From contig JBJLHG010000001.1 in NCBI GenBank assembly GCA_045564455.1, positions 11,754 to 75,753 on the forward strand: 64,000 nt of DNA, given 5' to 3'. Source of the stretch: Gammaproteobacteria bacterium (GTDB lineage: Bacteria; Pseudomonadota; Gammaproteobacteria; Magnimaribacterales; AG-339-G14). The notes beneath the pieces were generated by a model. It was given only the letters and a program-made list of their open reading frames with translations. It was not told the DNA's origin and made no database searches. A program made the translations under genes and the position numbers. Shown here in pieces: positions 11,860 to 21,746 of the stretch (its first letter is position 1; every line of letters starts with the position of its first letter).

Positions 11860-12582
11860 ATTAGAAGAGATAATCGTCCTTTTTGGCTGAAACGGATTCA
11901 TTGGTGGTTTGACCAAAAATATATCAAAAATAAACTTACCCCTCAGTTTGAAAAACTTGGAGCTGGTTCTTTAGTATTGGGCGTTAAATATTTGCATGTC
12001 AACGGAGAAGGAATTTCTGTTGGAGATTTTTCTACTTTCATTTCTGCACCTGATTCACATATTCATCTAACCACTTGGAATGCTGATAGGCACGAAGGTA
12101 AAATTGAAATAGGAGATTTTTGCTTATTCAGTCCAGGAGTAAGAATTTCAGCTGCTACGAAAATTAAAATCGGTAATTCTTGCATGTTTGCAAACAGCGC
12201 TTATGTATCAGATTCAGATTGGCACGGCCTTTACGATCGAGCTTTGCCAGTTGGCAAATCAAAACAGGTCACTTTGGAAGACAATGTTTGGATTGGTGAT
12301 GGAGCAATTGTTAGTAAAGGAGTAACAATAGGAAAAAATTCTATTGTGGGAGCTAGATCAGTAGTAATAAAAGACGTGCCCGAAAATGTCATTGTTGCGG
12401 GTAATCCAGCACAAATTGTTAAAGAGCTTGATCTGGATGAAAAGATTATATCTAGAGCAGATATGTTTTCCAGCCCAAAAGAATTGGATGATTTATATTT
12501 AGAAATAGACCGAATCAGTTTAAAGCAAAACTCTTTAATAAGATGGATAAAAAGTAAGTTTTATCCTAGCCCAGATCAATGA
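11860..12582 (+). CDS. Left-handed beta-helix (hexapeptide-repeat) acetyltransferase; proposed ATT start (conservative TTG start at 11977)
   Basis: Hexapeptide repeats (VWIGDGAIVSKGVTIGKNSIVGARSVVIKDVPENVIVAGNPA). The frame is open back to 11857. GGAG lies 7 nt before ATT 11860. No ATG/GTG/TTG in frame before 11977. Confidence 0.7.
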   Translation: MRRDNRPFWLKRIHWWFDQKYIKNKLTPQFEKLGAGSLVLGVKYLHVNGEGISVGDFSTFISAPDSHIHLTTWNADRHEGKIEIGDFCLFSPGVRISAATKIKIGNSCMFANSAYVSDSDWHGLYDRALPVGKSKQVTLEDNVWIGDGAIVSKGVTIGKNSIVGARSVVIKDVPENVIVAGNPAQIVKELDLDEKIISRADMFSSPKELDDLYLEIDRISLKQNSLIRWIKSKFYPSPDQ

Positions 12583-13676
12583 TTAATGTTGTAGCCGACA
12601 AAGATATTCCTTATTTGGATAAAGTTTTTAGTAACTCAAAAAATTATCAATTAAATAAATTATCTTTTGATGAGATTACAAACTTTGCTTTAAGAGAAGC
12701 CGATGCGCTTTTAAGTAGATCTGCTACGCCTTTAAATGGAGATTTACTTGAAGGAACAAAAGTAAAATTCATTGGTTCTTTAACTTCCGGTGAAGATCAC
12801 ATAGATTTTAATGAGATCAATAGCTTAGATATTGAGGTAATAACGGCTAAAGGTTGCAATGCACAAGCTGTAACAGAGTACGTTATGGATGCTTTATCTG
12901 TCTCTAAAGAAAAACGCATTGGATTAATTGGGGAAGGTTTCGTTGGCCGTAAATTAAAAAATATTCTCGATGCATATGGTTATGACACAAAATCGTACGA
13001 TCCGTATATAAAGAATGATGATAAAAATATTTTAGAGGAAGTTCTGAATTTTCCAATAATATCTGTACATTCATCCTATTCGAAAAATGGTAAATATCCT
13101 TCTCATAATTTAGTTTCAAATTTGAAGGACAACCAAATTTTAATTAATACTTCTAGGGGGGAAATTGTAGATTATCAATCTATCCATTGCTCTTCTGATG
13201 CTACTCTAATTTGCGATGTTTGGAATAATGAACCTGACCTATCTTTGGAAGATATACCTAATACCTTCAGATCAACTCCCCACATTGCTGGAAATACTAT
13301 TGAAGCGAAAACCCAAGCACTGAATGAAATTTCAAAAAAATTATGTAATTTTTTTGAAGCTCAGGATTTAATTATGGTTAAACCTGAGATGGAAACATTA
13401 GAGTTAGATATTAAAATGCTTGATGAAACATTTGAAAAAAATTCAATCCCTACTGATGTGATTGATTTATTTTCACCTTGTAACAAACTAAGCAGTCTTT
13501 TTAAAAAAAACATGAAAGATATTAAAAGCGAGGAAAATTTTCCTAAGATTTTTCAAAAAATAAGAAAAAATTTTGAAAGAAAGGGTTTTGGGGAATACTC
13601 GTTATCTATTAAAGGAATCAAACCCTCTCAAGCAGAATTAATTACATTATTAGGTTTTAAGATTCATAAGCAATAA
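12579..13676 (+). CDS. pdxB: Erythronate-4-phosphate dehydrogenase
   Basis: 365 aa, colinear with remembered E. coli PdxB (ADKDIPY..., DALLSRSATPLN, TSGEDHID, TPHIAGNTIEAK). Confidence 0.8.
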   Translation: MINVVADKDIPYLDKVFSNSKNYQLNKLSFDEITNFALREADALLSRSATPLNGDLLEGTKVKFIGSLTSGEDHIDFNEINSLDIEVITAKGCNAQAVTEYVMDALSVSKEKRIGLIGEGFVGRKLKNILDAYGYDTKSYDPYIKNDDKNILEEVLNFPIISVHSSYSKNGKYPSHNLVSNLKDNQILINTSRGEIVDYQSIHCSSDATLICDVWNNEPDLSLEDIPNTFRSTPHIAGNTIEAKTQALNEISKKLCNFFEAQDLIMVKPEMETLELDIKMLDETFEKNSIPTDVIDLFSPCNKLSSLFKKNMKDIKSEENFPKIFQKIRKNFERKGFGEYSLSIKGIKPSQAELITLLGFKIHKQ

Positions 13677-13693
13677 ATCTTTATAATATTGAT

Positions 13694-14068
13694 ATGGAAG
13701 ACATAAAAAAGAAATTATCAGATGAGGCATATCATGTAACTCAGCAACATGGAACTGAAGCTCCATTTAGCGGCGATCTTTTAGATGTTAAGGATGCCGG
13801 CATATATCAATGTGTTTGTTGTGGAAATGATCTTTTTCTATCATCATCAAAATTTGAGTCGGGAACAGGGTGGCCGAGTTTTTGGGAGCCAATCAATGAA
13901 TCTTCAGTAAAGAATATTGAAGATAAAAGCTATGGAATGATTCGGGTAGAGGTGCAATGCGGAAGTTGCAATGCCCACTTAGGGCATGTATTCCCAGATG
14001 GACCTCAGCCTACAGGATTAAGATATTGTATGAATTCTGTTGCCATGACATTCAAATTAGATGAATAA
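13694..14068 (+). CDS. msrB: Peptide-methionine (R)-S-oxide reductase
   Basis: 124 aa with CxxC...CxxC zinc motifs (CVCCGN, CGSCNAHLGHVF) and RYCMNS. Confidence 0.9.
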   Translation: MEDIKKKLSDEAYHVTQQHGTEAPFSGDLLDVKDAGIYQCVCCGNDLFLSSSKFESGTGWPSFWEPINESSVKNIEDKSYGMIRVEVQCGSCNAHLGHVFPDGPQPTGLRYCMNSVAMTFKLDE

Positions 14069-15362
14069 AATATGGAAATCTTCAGCCGGGTTCTCTTTTT
14101 TTACATTAATTTCAAGAATTTTTGGTTACCTTAGAGATTTAGTTTTAACTTCTTTCCTAGGTGCAAGTTCTGCGCATGATATTTTCGTCGTGATTTTCAG
14201 AATTCCAAATGTATTTAGAAGTTTTTTTGGCGAAGGTGCTTTAGCGCAATCGCTTGTACCAAGCATAATAGAAGCAAAAGAAAATCTAAATTCTTTTTTA
14301 AATCAAGTTTTTACCCTTTTGTTCATAACGCTGATATCTTTTGTGCTATTCGCAGAAGTTTTTCCTGGTTTTTTTATCTCTTTATTTGCCCCCGGATTCT
14401 ATGAAGATCCTGATAAATTAAAAACGGCCTCTGATTTTTTAAGACTGGTATTTCCTTACATTTTGCTAATCTCATTTACAGCTTTTTTTGGTGCAGTCCA
14501 AAATTCTAAGAAAATTTTTCAAGTTGTTGCTGCTACTCCTATTATTTTTAACATTACACTTATTCTTTTTGCTTTATTTTCTAAAGAGTTTAATTTAGAT
14601 GTTTTAGGAATCTCAATTCTTACTGCTGGATTAATCCAACTAGGTATTAATATATTGGTTGTTTTTTACTTTAATTATTTCCCCAAATTAGTTGTAAATT
14701 TTGATAAAAAAGTCCTCAGATCTTTTTTTAATAAATTCATACCTGCTTTTTTTGCTGCAGGTATTTATCAATTGAATGTATTAGTAGATACAGTTTTTGC
14801 TTCTTTTTTAATCACAGGGAGCCCAACTTGGCTTTATCTCTCGGAAAGATTAATTCAATTTCCTTTGGGTTTATTTGGAGTAGCTGTCGCTTTAGTAGCG
14901 CTACCCAACATTACGGAGTTATTCATTGAAAAAAAAATGGATGAACTTAGACTTCATAGTATAAAACTCTTAAGAGTCTTATTTCTTCTTGGACTAGCTT
15001 TTGTTTTAGGTGCCTTTTTATTTGGAGAGCTAGCAATCACGGTACTGTTCTTAAGGGGAGAATTCACCTCTTTTGATGTTGGTATGACTTTTATTGCTTT
15101 ACAAGGATATGCATTTTCAATGCTATTTATTTTGCCTCAGAAATTTTTTAACAGTATTTTTTTTGCTATTTCTAAAACGAATATGGTCGTAGTAACAGGA
15201 TTAATATCTTTGGTTTCAAATATAATTTTGAATTATTATTTTATTTACCAATTAGATTATGGCCATTTTGGATTGGCTTTAGCAACTTCAATCAGTTCAG
15301 GAATAATTTTTCTGATTAGTTATGCTTGGCTAAGTAATCAAGGAATTTTTAAATCTACTTAA
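14061..15362 (+). CDS. murJ: Lipid II flippase MurJ (MviN), short form
   Basis: N-terminus SRIFGYLRDLVLTSFLGAS...FRIPNVFRSFFGEGALAQSLVP parallels E. coli MurJ. 433 aa, polytopic. Confidence 0.85.
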   Translation: MNKIWKSSAGFSFFTLISRIFGYLRDLVLTSFLGASSAHDIFVVIFRIPNVFRSFFGEGALAQSLVPSIIEAKENLNSFLNQVFTLLFITLISFVLFAEVFPGFFISLFAPGFYEDPDKLKTASDFLRLVFPYILLISFTAFFGAVQNSKKIFQVVAATPIIFNITLILFALFSKEFNLDVLGISILTAGLIQLGINILVVFYFNYFPKLVVNFDKKVLRSFFNKFIPAFFAAGIYQLNVLVDTVFASFLITGSPTWLYLSERLIQFPLGLFGVAVALVALPNITELFIEKKMDELRLHSIKLLRVLFLLGLAFVLGAFLFGELAITVLFLRGEFTSFDVGMTFIALQGYAFSMLFILPQKFFNSIFFAISKTNMVVVTGLISLVSNIILNYYFIYQLDYGHFGLALATSISSGIIFLISYAWLSNQGIFKST

Positions 15363-15363
15363 A

Positions 15364-16308
15364 ATGTATTTAATTAGAGATATACATAATATTGATCTTT
15401 TTAATAAAAGATTTTCTTCTGAGCCTTTAATTGCAACGATTGGAAATTTTGATGGCCTTCATCTTGGGCACAAAGAAATCATCAAAAAAATGAAATCGAT
15501 TGGAGCTAAAGATAATTTAAAAACTTTAGTAATATTTACTGAGCCTCATGCAAAAGAGTTTTTTGCTGAGCAAAAAGATCTATCTAATCTTCCTGCTCGA
15601 ATATCTCCTTGGAGAGAAAAGTGTAAAAGACTAAAAGATAATAATGTGGATTATGCTTTTTTTTTGAGGTTCAATAAAAAGCTTCAAAACATGACTCCGG
15701 AAAACTTTATAGACAACATTCTCTCTAAATTAAATATCAAGTATCTTATGGTTGGCGATGACTTCAAATTTGGTAAAGAAAGAAGCGGAGACTTTGATTT
15801 TTTATCAAATTGGGGACAAAACAATAAAATTGAGGTTGATAGAGTTCCAACTTATAGTTTTGATGATAGAAGAGTAAGCAGTACTTGGATTAGAGAAAGC
15901 ATAGCAGAAGGAGATTTTGAATTAGCTGAAAAATTACTAGATAGAAGATATACATTTTCAGGTAAAGTAGTGTCTGGAAATAAACTTGGAAGAACTATTG
16001 GTATTCCCACTGCAAACATTTGGGTTCCTAAAAGTAATTTACCTATAAGAGGCGTATATGCTGTTAAAGCCTTTCTAAAAGGTGAAACTTTCAATGGAAT
16101 TGCTAATATGGGGGTGCGACCAACTGTCGGAGGGACCTCTCCAGTTTTAGAAATCCACATTTTTGATTTTAATAAAAATATATATGGTCAAAGAATAGAA
16201 GTTGAATTCTACAAAAAAATTAGAGAAGAAAAGAAATTCAATGATTTGAACGAGCTTAAAGATCAAATTTCTAAAGATATTGAATTAGCAAAAGAATTTT
16301 TAAACTAA
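15364..16308 (+). CDS. ribF: Bifunctional riboflavin kinase / FMN adenylyltransferase
   Basis: 314 aa (GNFDGLHLGHKEI; C-terminal PTANI...GVRPT...LEIHIFDF). Confidence 0.9.
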   Translation: MYLIRDIHNIDLFNKRFSSEPLIATIGNFDGLHLGHKEIIKKMKSIGAKDNLKTLVIFTEPHAKEFFAEQKDLSNLPARISPWREKCKRLKDNNVDYAFFLRFNKKLQNMTPENFIDNILSKLNIKYLMVGDDFKFGKERSGDFDFLSNWGQNNKIEVDRVPTYSFDDRRVSSTWIRESIAEGDFELAEKLLDRRYTFSGKVVSGNKLGRTIGIPTANIWVPKSNLPIRGVYAVKAFLKGETFNGIANMGVRPTVGGTSPVLEIHIFDFNKNIYGQRIEVEFYKKIREEKKFNDLNELKDQISKDIELAKEFLN

Positions 16309-16312
16309 ATAA

Positions 16313-19105
16313 ATGAAAGAATTAAAAGAAACTTTAAATTTACCTAACACTGGCTTTTCAATGAAAGCCAACTTACCTCAAAAAGAACCCGGTATTTTGG
16401 AGCACTGGCAAACAATAGATTTGTATTCTTTATTACAAGAAAAAAATAAAGATAAGCCTAAATTTATTTTGCATGATGGTCCTCCATATGCAAACGGACC
16501 AATACACCTTGGTCACGTAGTTAATAAAGTTCTAAAAGATATTATTATCAAATCTAAGATTATCTCGGGTTTCAATGCGCCTTATGTTCCTGGATGGGAT
16601 TGTCATGGGTTGCCTATAGAATTAAATGTAGAAAAAAAACACGGCAAGGTTAATATAGATATATCTCCAGCTGAGTTTAGATCTCAATGTCGAGAATATG
16701 CTAATCAGCAAATTGCTATTCAAAGAAATGATTTTAAAAGACTTGGCGTGATTGGTGACTGGTCAAATCCATACAAATCAATGGATTATAAATTTGAAGC
16801 AAATGTCGTTAGATCTCTAGGAAAAATTATTGAGGCAGGACATCTAGCAAGAGGATCTAAGCCTGTATATTGGTGTGATGAATGTAGTTCAGCACTTGCT
16901 GAAGCAGAAGTGGAGTATTTTGATAAAGAATCCAAAGCAATAGATTTTTTATTCCCAATAAACTCTGAGCAACTTAAAGATGTCTTTGGCGATCTAGATT
17001 GCGAAGAATGTTTTATAGCTTCATGGACTACAACGCCTTGGACAATTCCAGGAAACAAAGCTATTTGTTTGAACTCAAAATTACCATATGAGCTTTTCGA
17101 GGCTAAATTTAAAGGCAAAATTATTAACCTTATAGTTTGTAGCGATTTGGTCGATGCTTTTTTCGAAAGATGCGAAATAGTTGAGTTTAAATCTTTAGAA
17201 AAAATTTCAGGCGACAAATTGATTGGTTTAGAAACTTCACATCCTTTTTTAGATCAGATTTCTCCAATAATTTCTGGAGATCATGTCACCTCAGAGATGG
17301 GTACAGGATTTGTGCACACTGCTCCAGCTCACGGATTAGAGGATTATGATGCTTGCAGAGGAATGGATATTGATTTTACTAGCCCTGTTAATGCTGATGG
17401 CTGTTTTAATAAAAATATTCCCTTTGTGGGAGAAAAGAATATTAATGAAGGCAACGACATAGTCATAAATCTTTTATCTGAAAGAGGCTACCTTTTGTCT
17501 CAAAATAAATATCGTCATAGTTTTCCTAATTGTTGGAGACATAAAAGACCGCTTTTTTTTAGAGGAACACCTCAATGGTTTATCTCTATGAATAAGATGG
17601 AGCTGCTTAAGAATAGCCAAGAAAAAATTGAAGAAATTAATTGGTTACCTGAGTGGGGAAAAACTAGAATTTCAAGCATGATGTCTGAACGACCAGATTG
17701 GTGTATTTCTCGTCAAAGATCCTGGGGAGTGCCAATCACCTTATTTATTCATAAAGAGACTGGAGAACTTCATGAAAATACTTTGGAGATGATAGAGACT
17801 ATTGCTCTAGAAATTGAAAAAAAAGGAATTGAAGCTTGGTTTTCATCTGAACCTATAGATTTCATAGGCAATGATTCTGAAAGTTATGAAAAAGTAACGG
17901 ATACCCTGGATGTTTGGTTTGATTCAGGCGTTACTCATTTTAGCGTTTTAAAAGAAAATGAAGACCTTTCTTATCCAGCGGATTTGTATCTTGAAGGGTC
18001 TGATCAGCATCGAGGTTGGTTTCAATCTTCTTTACTAACTGGAATGGCAATTAATAATGAAACTCCTTATAGAACTGCACTTACTCATGGTTTTGTGGTC
18101 GATTCAAATGGTCGGAAAATGTCTAAATCTTTAGGAAATGTCATCTCTCCTCAATCAGTTTGGAATAAAAGAGGAGCAGATATTCTAAGAGCATGGGTGG
18201 CTTCAACAGATTTTAGAAACGAAATGAATTTTTCAGACGAAATCATTGATAGAACTTCAGATTCATATAGAAGAGTTAGAAACACTATAAGATTTCTTAT
18301 GAGTAATTTATTTGATTTTGACCATAGCCAAGATTTAATTAATCCTGACAATTACACTGAACTTGATAAATGGATTGTTTTAAAAGCAAAAAATCTTCAA
18401 GAAGAAATCAAACAAGATTACGAAAATTACGAAATCCATCTAGCTTTTCAAAAAGTTTTAAATTTTTGTACAAATGAACTAGGAGGTTTTTACCTTGATA
18501 TAATTAAAGACAGGCTTTACACATCTAAACAAAATGGAAATGCTCGAAGGTCTGCTCAATCTGCAATATATCAATTATTAAATGCTCTAATCACTTGGAT
18601 AGCACCAATTTTAAGCTATACGGCAGAAGAAGCATTTTTAGAGATCAATAAAAATAATTCTTCCGTCTTTCTTGAAGAGTGGTTTTCTAATTGGGCAGAT
18701 ATCTCAAAAACCATTGATGAGGAAACTTGGGATTTATTAATTGAAATTAAAACTGAAGTAAATAAATTGCTGGAAGAAAAAAGAAATGATGGTGAAATAG
18801 GTTCTAGTTTAGAAGCAGAAGTAACTCTCCATTGTGATGATCAACTTTTTATAAAGCTTAGTGAGATTTCTAGTGAGCTTAAATTTTTATTTATAACTTC
18901 TAAAGCAAACTTAATTCATCTAGATGGAGATAAAATCAATACTGAAATCGAAGGATTGAAGATAACGATTAATCAAATGAAAGCCAAAAAATGTGATAGG
19001 TGTTGGCACTATGTAGAAGAGCTCATAGACTATAAGGAAGAAAAAATTTGCAATAGATGTAAAGAGAATATAGAGGGGAAAGGCGAGGTTAGGTTTTATA
19101 TTTAA
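16313..19105 (+). CDS. ileS: Isoleucine--tRNA ligase
   Basis: 930 aa with HIGH (PYANGPIHLGH), KMSKS (RKMSKSLGN) and a C-terminal Zn finger (CDRCWHY...CNRC). Confidence 0.95.
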   Translation: MKELKETLNLPNTGFSMKANLPQKEPGILEHWQTIDLYSLLQEKNKDKPKFILHDGPPYANGPIHLGHVVNKVLKDIIIKSKIISGFNAPYVPGWDCHGLPIELNVEKKHGKVNIDISPAEFRSQCREYANQQIAIQRNDFKRLGVIGDWSNPYKSMDYKFEANVVRSLGKIIEAGHLARGSKPVYWCDECSSALAEAEVEYFDKESKAIDFLFPINSEQLKDVFGDLDCEECFIASWTTTPWTIPGNKAICLNSKLPYELFEAKFKGKIINLIVCSDLVDAFFERCEIVEFKSLEKISGDKLIGLETSHPFLDQISPIISGDHVTSEMGTGFVHTAPAHGLEDYDACRGMDIDFTSPVNADGCFNKNIPFVGEKNINEGNDIVINLLSERGYLLSQNKYRHSFPNCWRHKRPLFFRGTPQWFISMNKMELLKNSQEKIEEINWLPEWGKTRISSMMSERPDWCISRQRSWGVPITLFIHKETGELHENTLEMIETIALEIEKKGIEAWFSSEPIDFIGNDSESYEKVTDTLDVWFDSGVTHFSVLKENEDLSYPADLYLEGSDQHRGWFQSSLLTGMAINNETPYRTALTHGFVVDSNGRKMSKSLGNVISPQSVWNKRGADILRAWVASTDFRNEMNFSDEIIDRTSDSYRRVRNTIRFLMSNLFDFDHSQDLINPDNYTELDKWIVLKAKNLQEEIKQDYENYEIHLAFQKVLNFCTNELGGFYLDIIKDRLYTSKQNGNARRSAQSAIYQLLNALITWIAPILSYTAEEAFLEINKNNSSVFLEEWFSNWADISKTIDEETWDLLIEIKTEVNKLLEEKRNDGEIGSSLEAEVTLHCDDQLFIKLSEISSELKFLFITSKANLIHLDGDKINTEIEGLKITINQMKAKKCDRCWHYVEELIDYKEEKICNRCKENIEGKGEVRFYI

Positions 19106-19589
19106 TTTAAAAATAAAATTTTTTTTTCTAATTGGAATTATTTCTTTAGTAGTTCTAGACCAGCTTTCTAAAGTTCTAATTATTAATAATTTGGAACCTA
19201 ACGAATCAATTGTAATTTTTAATCTATTAAATTTTACATTTGTGAAAAACTTTGGTGTAGCTTTTAGCTTTCTTAATAATGAAAGTTTCAATTTATCTCT
19301 AATTCTAAGTTTTTTAGTCCTGATAATTTGTATTCTTCTTTTCTTAAATATTTTCACTTCAATCTTTGAGGCTAACTTATCTTTATTGCAAAGATTTTCA
19401 ATGTCATTAATTTTATGTGGAGGAATTGGAAATCTAATTGATAGAGTTAATTTAGGTTACGTAATAGATTTTATTGATATAACTTTTAATCCTTACGTAT
19501 TTAATTTAGCAGATGTATATGTGACTGTAGGAATCCTTCTGTATTTGTTAACATCACTAATCTTCAAAGAGCAAAATGAAAGTAATTAA
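19098..19589 (+). CDS. lspA: Lipoprotein signal peptidase II; start uncertain (proposed ATA 19098; first canonical start TTG 19191 would delete TM1)
   Basis: Motifs VLDQLSK, NFGVAFSFL, GGIGNLIDR, FNLADV. The frame is open from 19074. There is no ATG/GTG/TTG in any frame between 19074 and 19191. Confidence 0.8.
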   Translation: MFNLKIKFFFLIGIISLVVLDQLSKVLIINNLEPNESIVIFNLLNFTFVKNFGVAFSFLNNESFNLSLILSFLVLIICILLFLNIFTSIFEANLSLLQRFSMSLILCGGIGNLIDRVNLGYVIDFIDITFNPYVFNLADVYVTVGILLYLLTSLIFKEQNESN

Positions 19590-20511
19590 ATTAGCTAATC
19601 CAAGAGGTTTCTGTGCAGGCGTTGACCGAGCCATAGATATTGTCTCTGAGGCTATTGATAGATATGGCGCTCCTATATATGTAAGACATGAAGTTGTTCA
19701 TAATAGAAAAGTAGTTGAAGATCTCAAAACTAGAGGCGCTATTTTTGTTAAAGAAATTTCTGAGATTCCAAAAGGCGCTATTACTATTTTTTCAGCACAT
19801 GGTGTTTCAGAACAAGTTGAAATAGATACTGAGAAAAGAAAGCTAAAATATTTCGATGCAACATGTCCTTTAGTCTCAAAAGTCCATAAAGAAGTAATCA
19901 GATTCGCTGAATCTGGCAAAGATATAATTATGGTAGGGCATGAAAATCATCCAGAAGTGGAAGGAACTTTAGGAAGGTTTCCGAAAGGATCTTTAGGAAA
20001 AATGTACTTAGTTGAAGATGTAGATCAGGCTAAAGATATAGAAATAAATCAGCCTGAAAACTTATGTCTAGTTACTCAAACAACTTTGTCGGTATCAGAT
20101 ACAAAAGAAATTATTAAGGAATTAAAAAGTAGATTTCCTTTAATGGTAGAGCCAAAATCTGAAGATATTTGTTACGCAACTCAAAATCGTCAAGATGCCG
20201 TTAAGCAGTTAGCCTTGGAAACTGAAGTTATAATTGTCGTAGGATCTAAAAATAGCTCTAATTCAAATAGACTTAAAGAGCTTGCTGAAAAATCAGGGAC
20301 TGCTTCTTATCTAGTGGATGATCCTGAGCAAATTGAATCAAAAATGGTTCATAACATCTCTTCAATTGGAGTTACAGCCGGAGCTTCTGCTCCTGAAGAA
20401 TTAGTTCAATCAATTGTAAAAAAATGCATGACTTTCGGATATCAGAATGTAGAAGAAATAGATGGATTAAAGGAAAATATTTTTTTTAAACTACCAGCTG
20501 AGCTTAGATGA
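19576..20511 (+). CDS. ispH: 4-hydroxy-3-methylbut-2-enyl diphosphate reductase
   Basis: 311 aa (LANPRGFCAGVDRAI, HEVVHN, ATCPLVSKVH, SSNSNRL). Confidence 0.9.
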   Translation: MKVIKLANPRGFCAGVDRAIDIVSEAIDRYGAPIYVRHEVVHNRKVVEDLKTRGAIFVKEISEIPKGAITIFSAHGVSEQVEIDTEKRKLKYFDATCPLVSKVHKEVIRFAESGKDIIMVGHENHPEVEGTLGRFPKGSLGKMYLVEDVDQAKDIEINQPENLCLVTQTTLSVSDTKEIIKELKSRFPLMVEPKSEDICYATQNRQDAVKQLALETEVIIVVGSKNSSNSNRLKELAEKSGTASYLVDDPEQIESKMVHNISSIGVTAGASAPEELVQSIVKKCMTFGYQNVEEIDGLKENIFFKLPAELR

Positions 20512-21746
20512 AAAAGAAAATTGCAGTCATTGGAGCAGGGATAGCAGGAACAACGACTGCATACTCTTTAGCCAAGCAAGGAATGGATGTCACATTAATA
20601 GATTCAAGAAGATATCCAGCAATGGCAACCAGTTACGCCAATGGCGGTCAACTAAGCGCAAGTAATTCTGAAGTATGGAACACACCTAAAAATATTTTAA
20701 ACGGCATAAAATGGATGTTTAAAAAAGATGCACCCTTACTATTCAATCCCTCTCCAAGCATGCAGAAATACAAATGGATTCTTGGATTTTTGATGGCAAC
20801 TTTTGATGGAAAGCATAAAAGCAAAACTCAGCAAACGATAGATTTGGCAAAGAGAGCAAGAGAGATATATTTTGATATAGCAGATAAAGAAGGAATAGAC
20901 TTTGACTTATTAAAAGAAGGAATTCTGCACTTTTATGATGATGAAAAAGAACTAAAAGCTGCAGTGGGCAAAGCTTCTTGGCTTCATCAAGAAGGAATGG
21001 AATGGGAGGCATTAAACCTAGATGAGATAGAGGACTTGGAGCCTGCTTTTAAATCAGCAAAAAATGATAAAAAAATTGTTGGCGGAATTTTTACAAAATC
21101 AGATGCAAGTGGAGATATTCACAAATTTTGTAAAAATATGCATAAAGTTCTTGAAGAAAAATATGATGTTAAATCTCTATTTAATACTGAAATTGAGACC
21201 ATTTATAAAGATCAAGATAAAGTGATTTTAGCTGCAGCAAGCGAATCTGCTACCTCTGGAATGCAATTTGATCAGGTTGCAATTTGTGCAGGAATTGAAA
21301 CACAAAGATTTGCAGATGTTTTGGGCGACAGCATGAGAGTTTATCCAGTAAAAGGTTATAGCGTTACCATTCATCTAGACGATGAAGAATCACAAATATC
21401 AGCTCCCAAAGTTTCTTTGTTAGATGATCCAAAAAAGATTGTTTCAAGTAGACTAGGAAATAGATTAAGAGTTGCAGGAACAGCAGAATTGGCAGGTACT
21501 AATAAAGATATAAAGCAAGATAGGATAAGACCCTTACTCGGTTGGGTTAGAGAGTATTTTCCTGGAGTAAGTACAGAAAACTACACACCTTGGGCTGGTT
21601 TGAGACCGATGACGCCAGATATGATGCCATTAATCTTTGAAAGCAAAGCTAAAGGAATATTTTATAATACAGGCCACGGCCATTTAGGATGGACTTTAGG
21701 AGCTGCAACGGGCGATTTGTTAGCTGAAAAAATGATAAATGAATGA
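20508..21746 (+). CDS. dadA: D-amino-acid dehydrogenase (FAD)
   Basis: 412 aa, colinear with remembered E. coli DadA (VIGAGIAG, GIKWMFKKDAPL, YPVKGYSVTI, GLRPMTPD, NTGHGHLGWTL). Confidence 0.8.
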   Translation: MKKKIAVIGAGIAGTTTAYSLAKQGMDVTLIDSRRYPAMATSYANGGQLSASNSEVWNTPKNILNGIKWMFKKDAPLLFNPSPSMQKYKWILGFLMATFDGKHKSKTQQTIDLAKRAREIYFDIADKEGIDFDLLKEGILHFYDDEKELKAAVGKASWLHQEGMEWEALNLDEIEDLEPAFKSAKNDKKIVGGIFTKSDASGDIHKFCKNMHKVLEEKYDVKSLFNTEIETIYKDQDKVILAAASESATSGMQFDQVAICAGIETQRFADVLGDSMRVYPVKGYSVTIHLDDEESQISAPKVSLLDDPKKIVSSRLGNRLRVAGTAELAGTNKDIKQDRIRPLLGWVREYFPGVSTENYTPWAGLRPMTPDMMPLIFESKAKGIFYNTGHGHLGWTLGAATGDLLAEKMINE

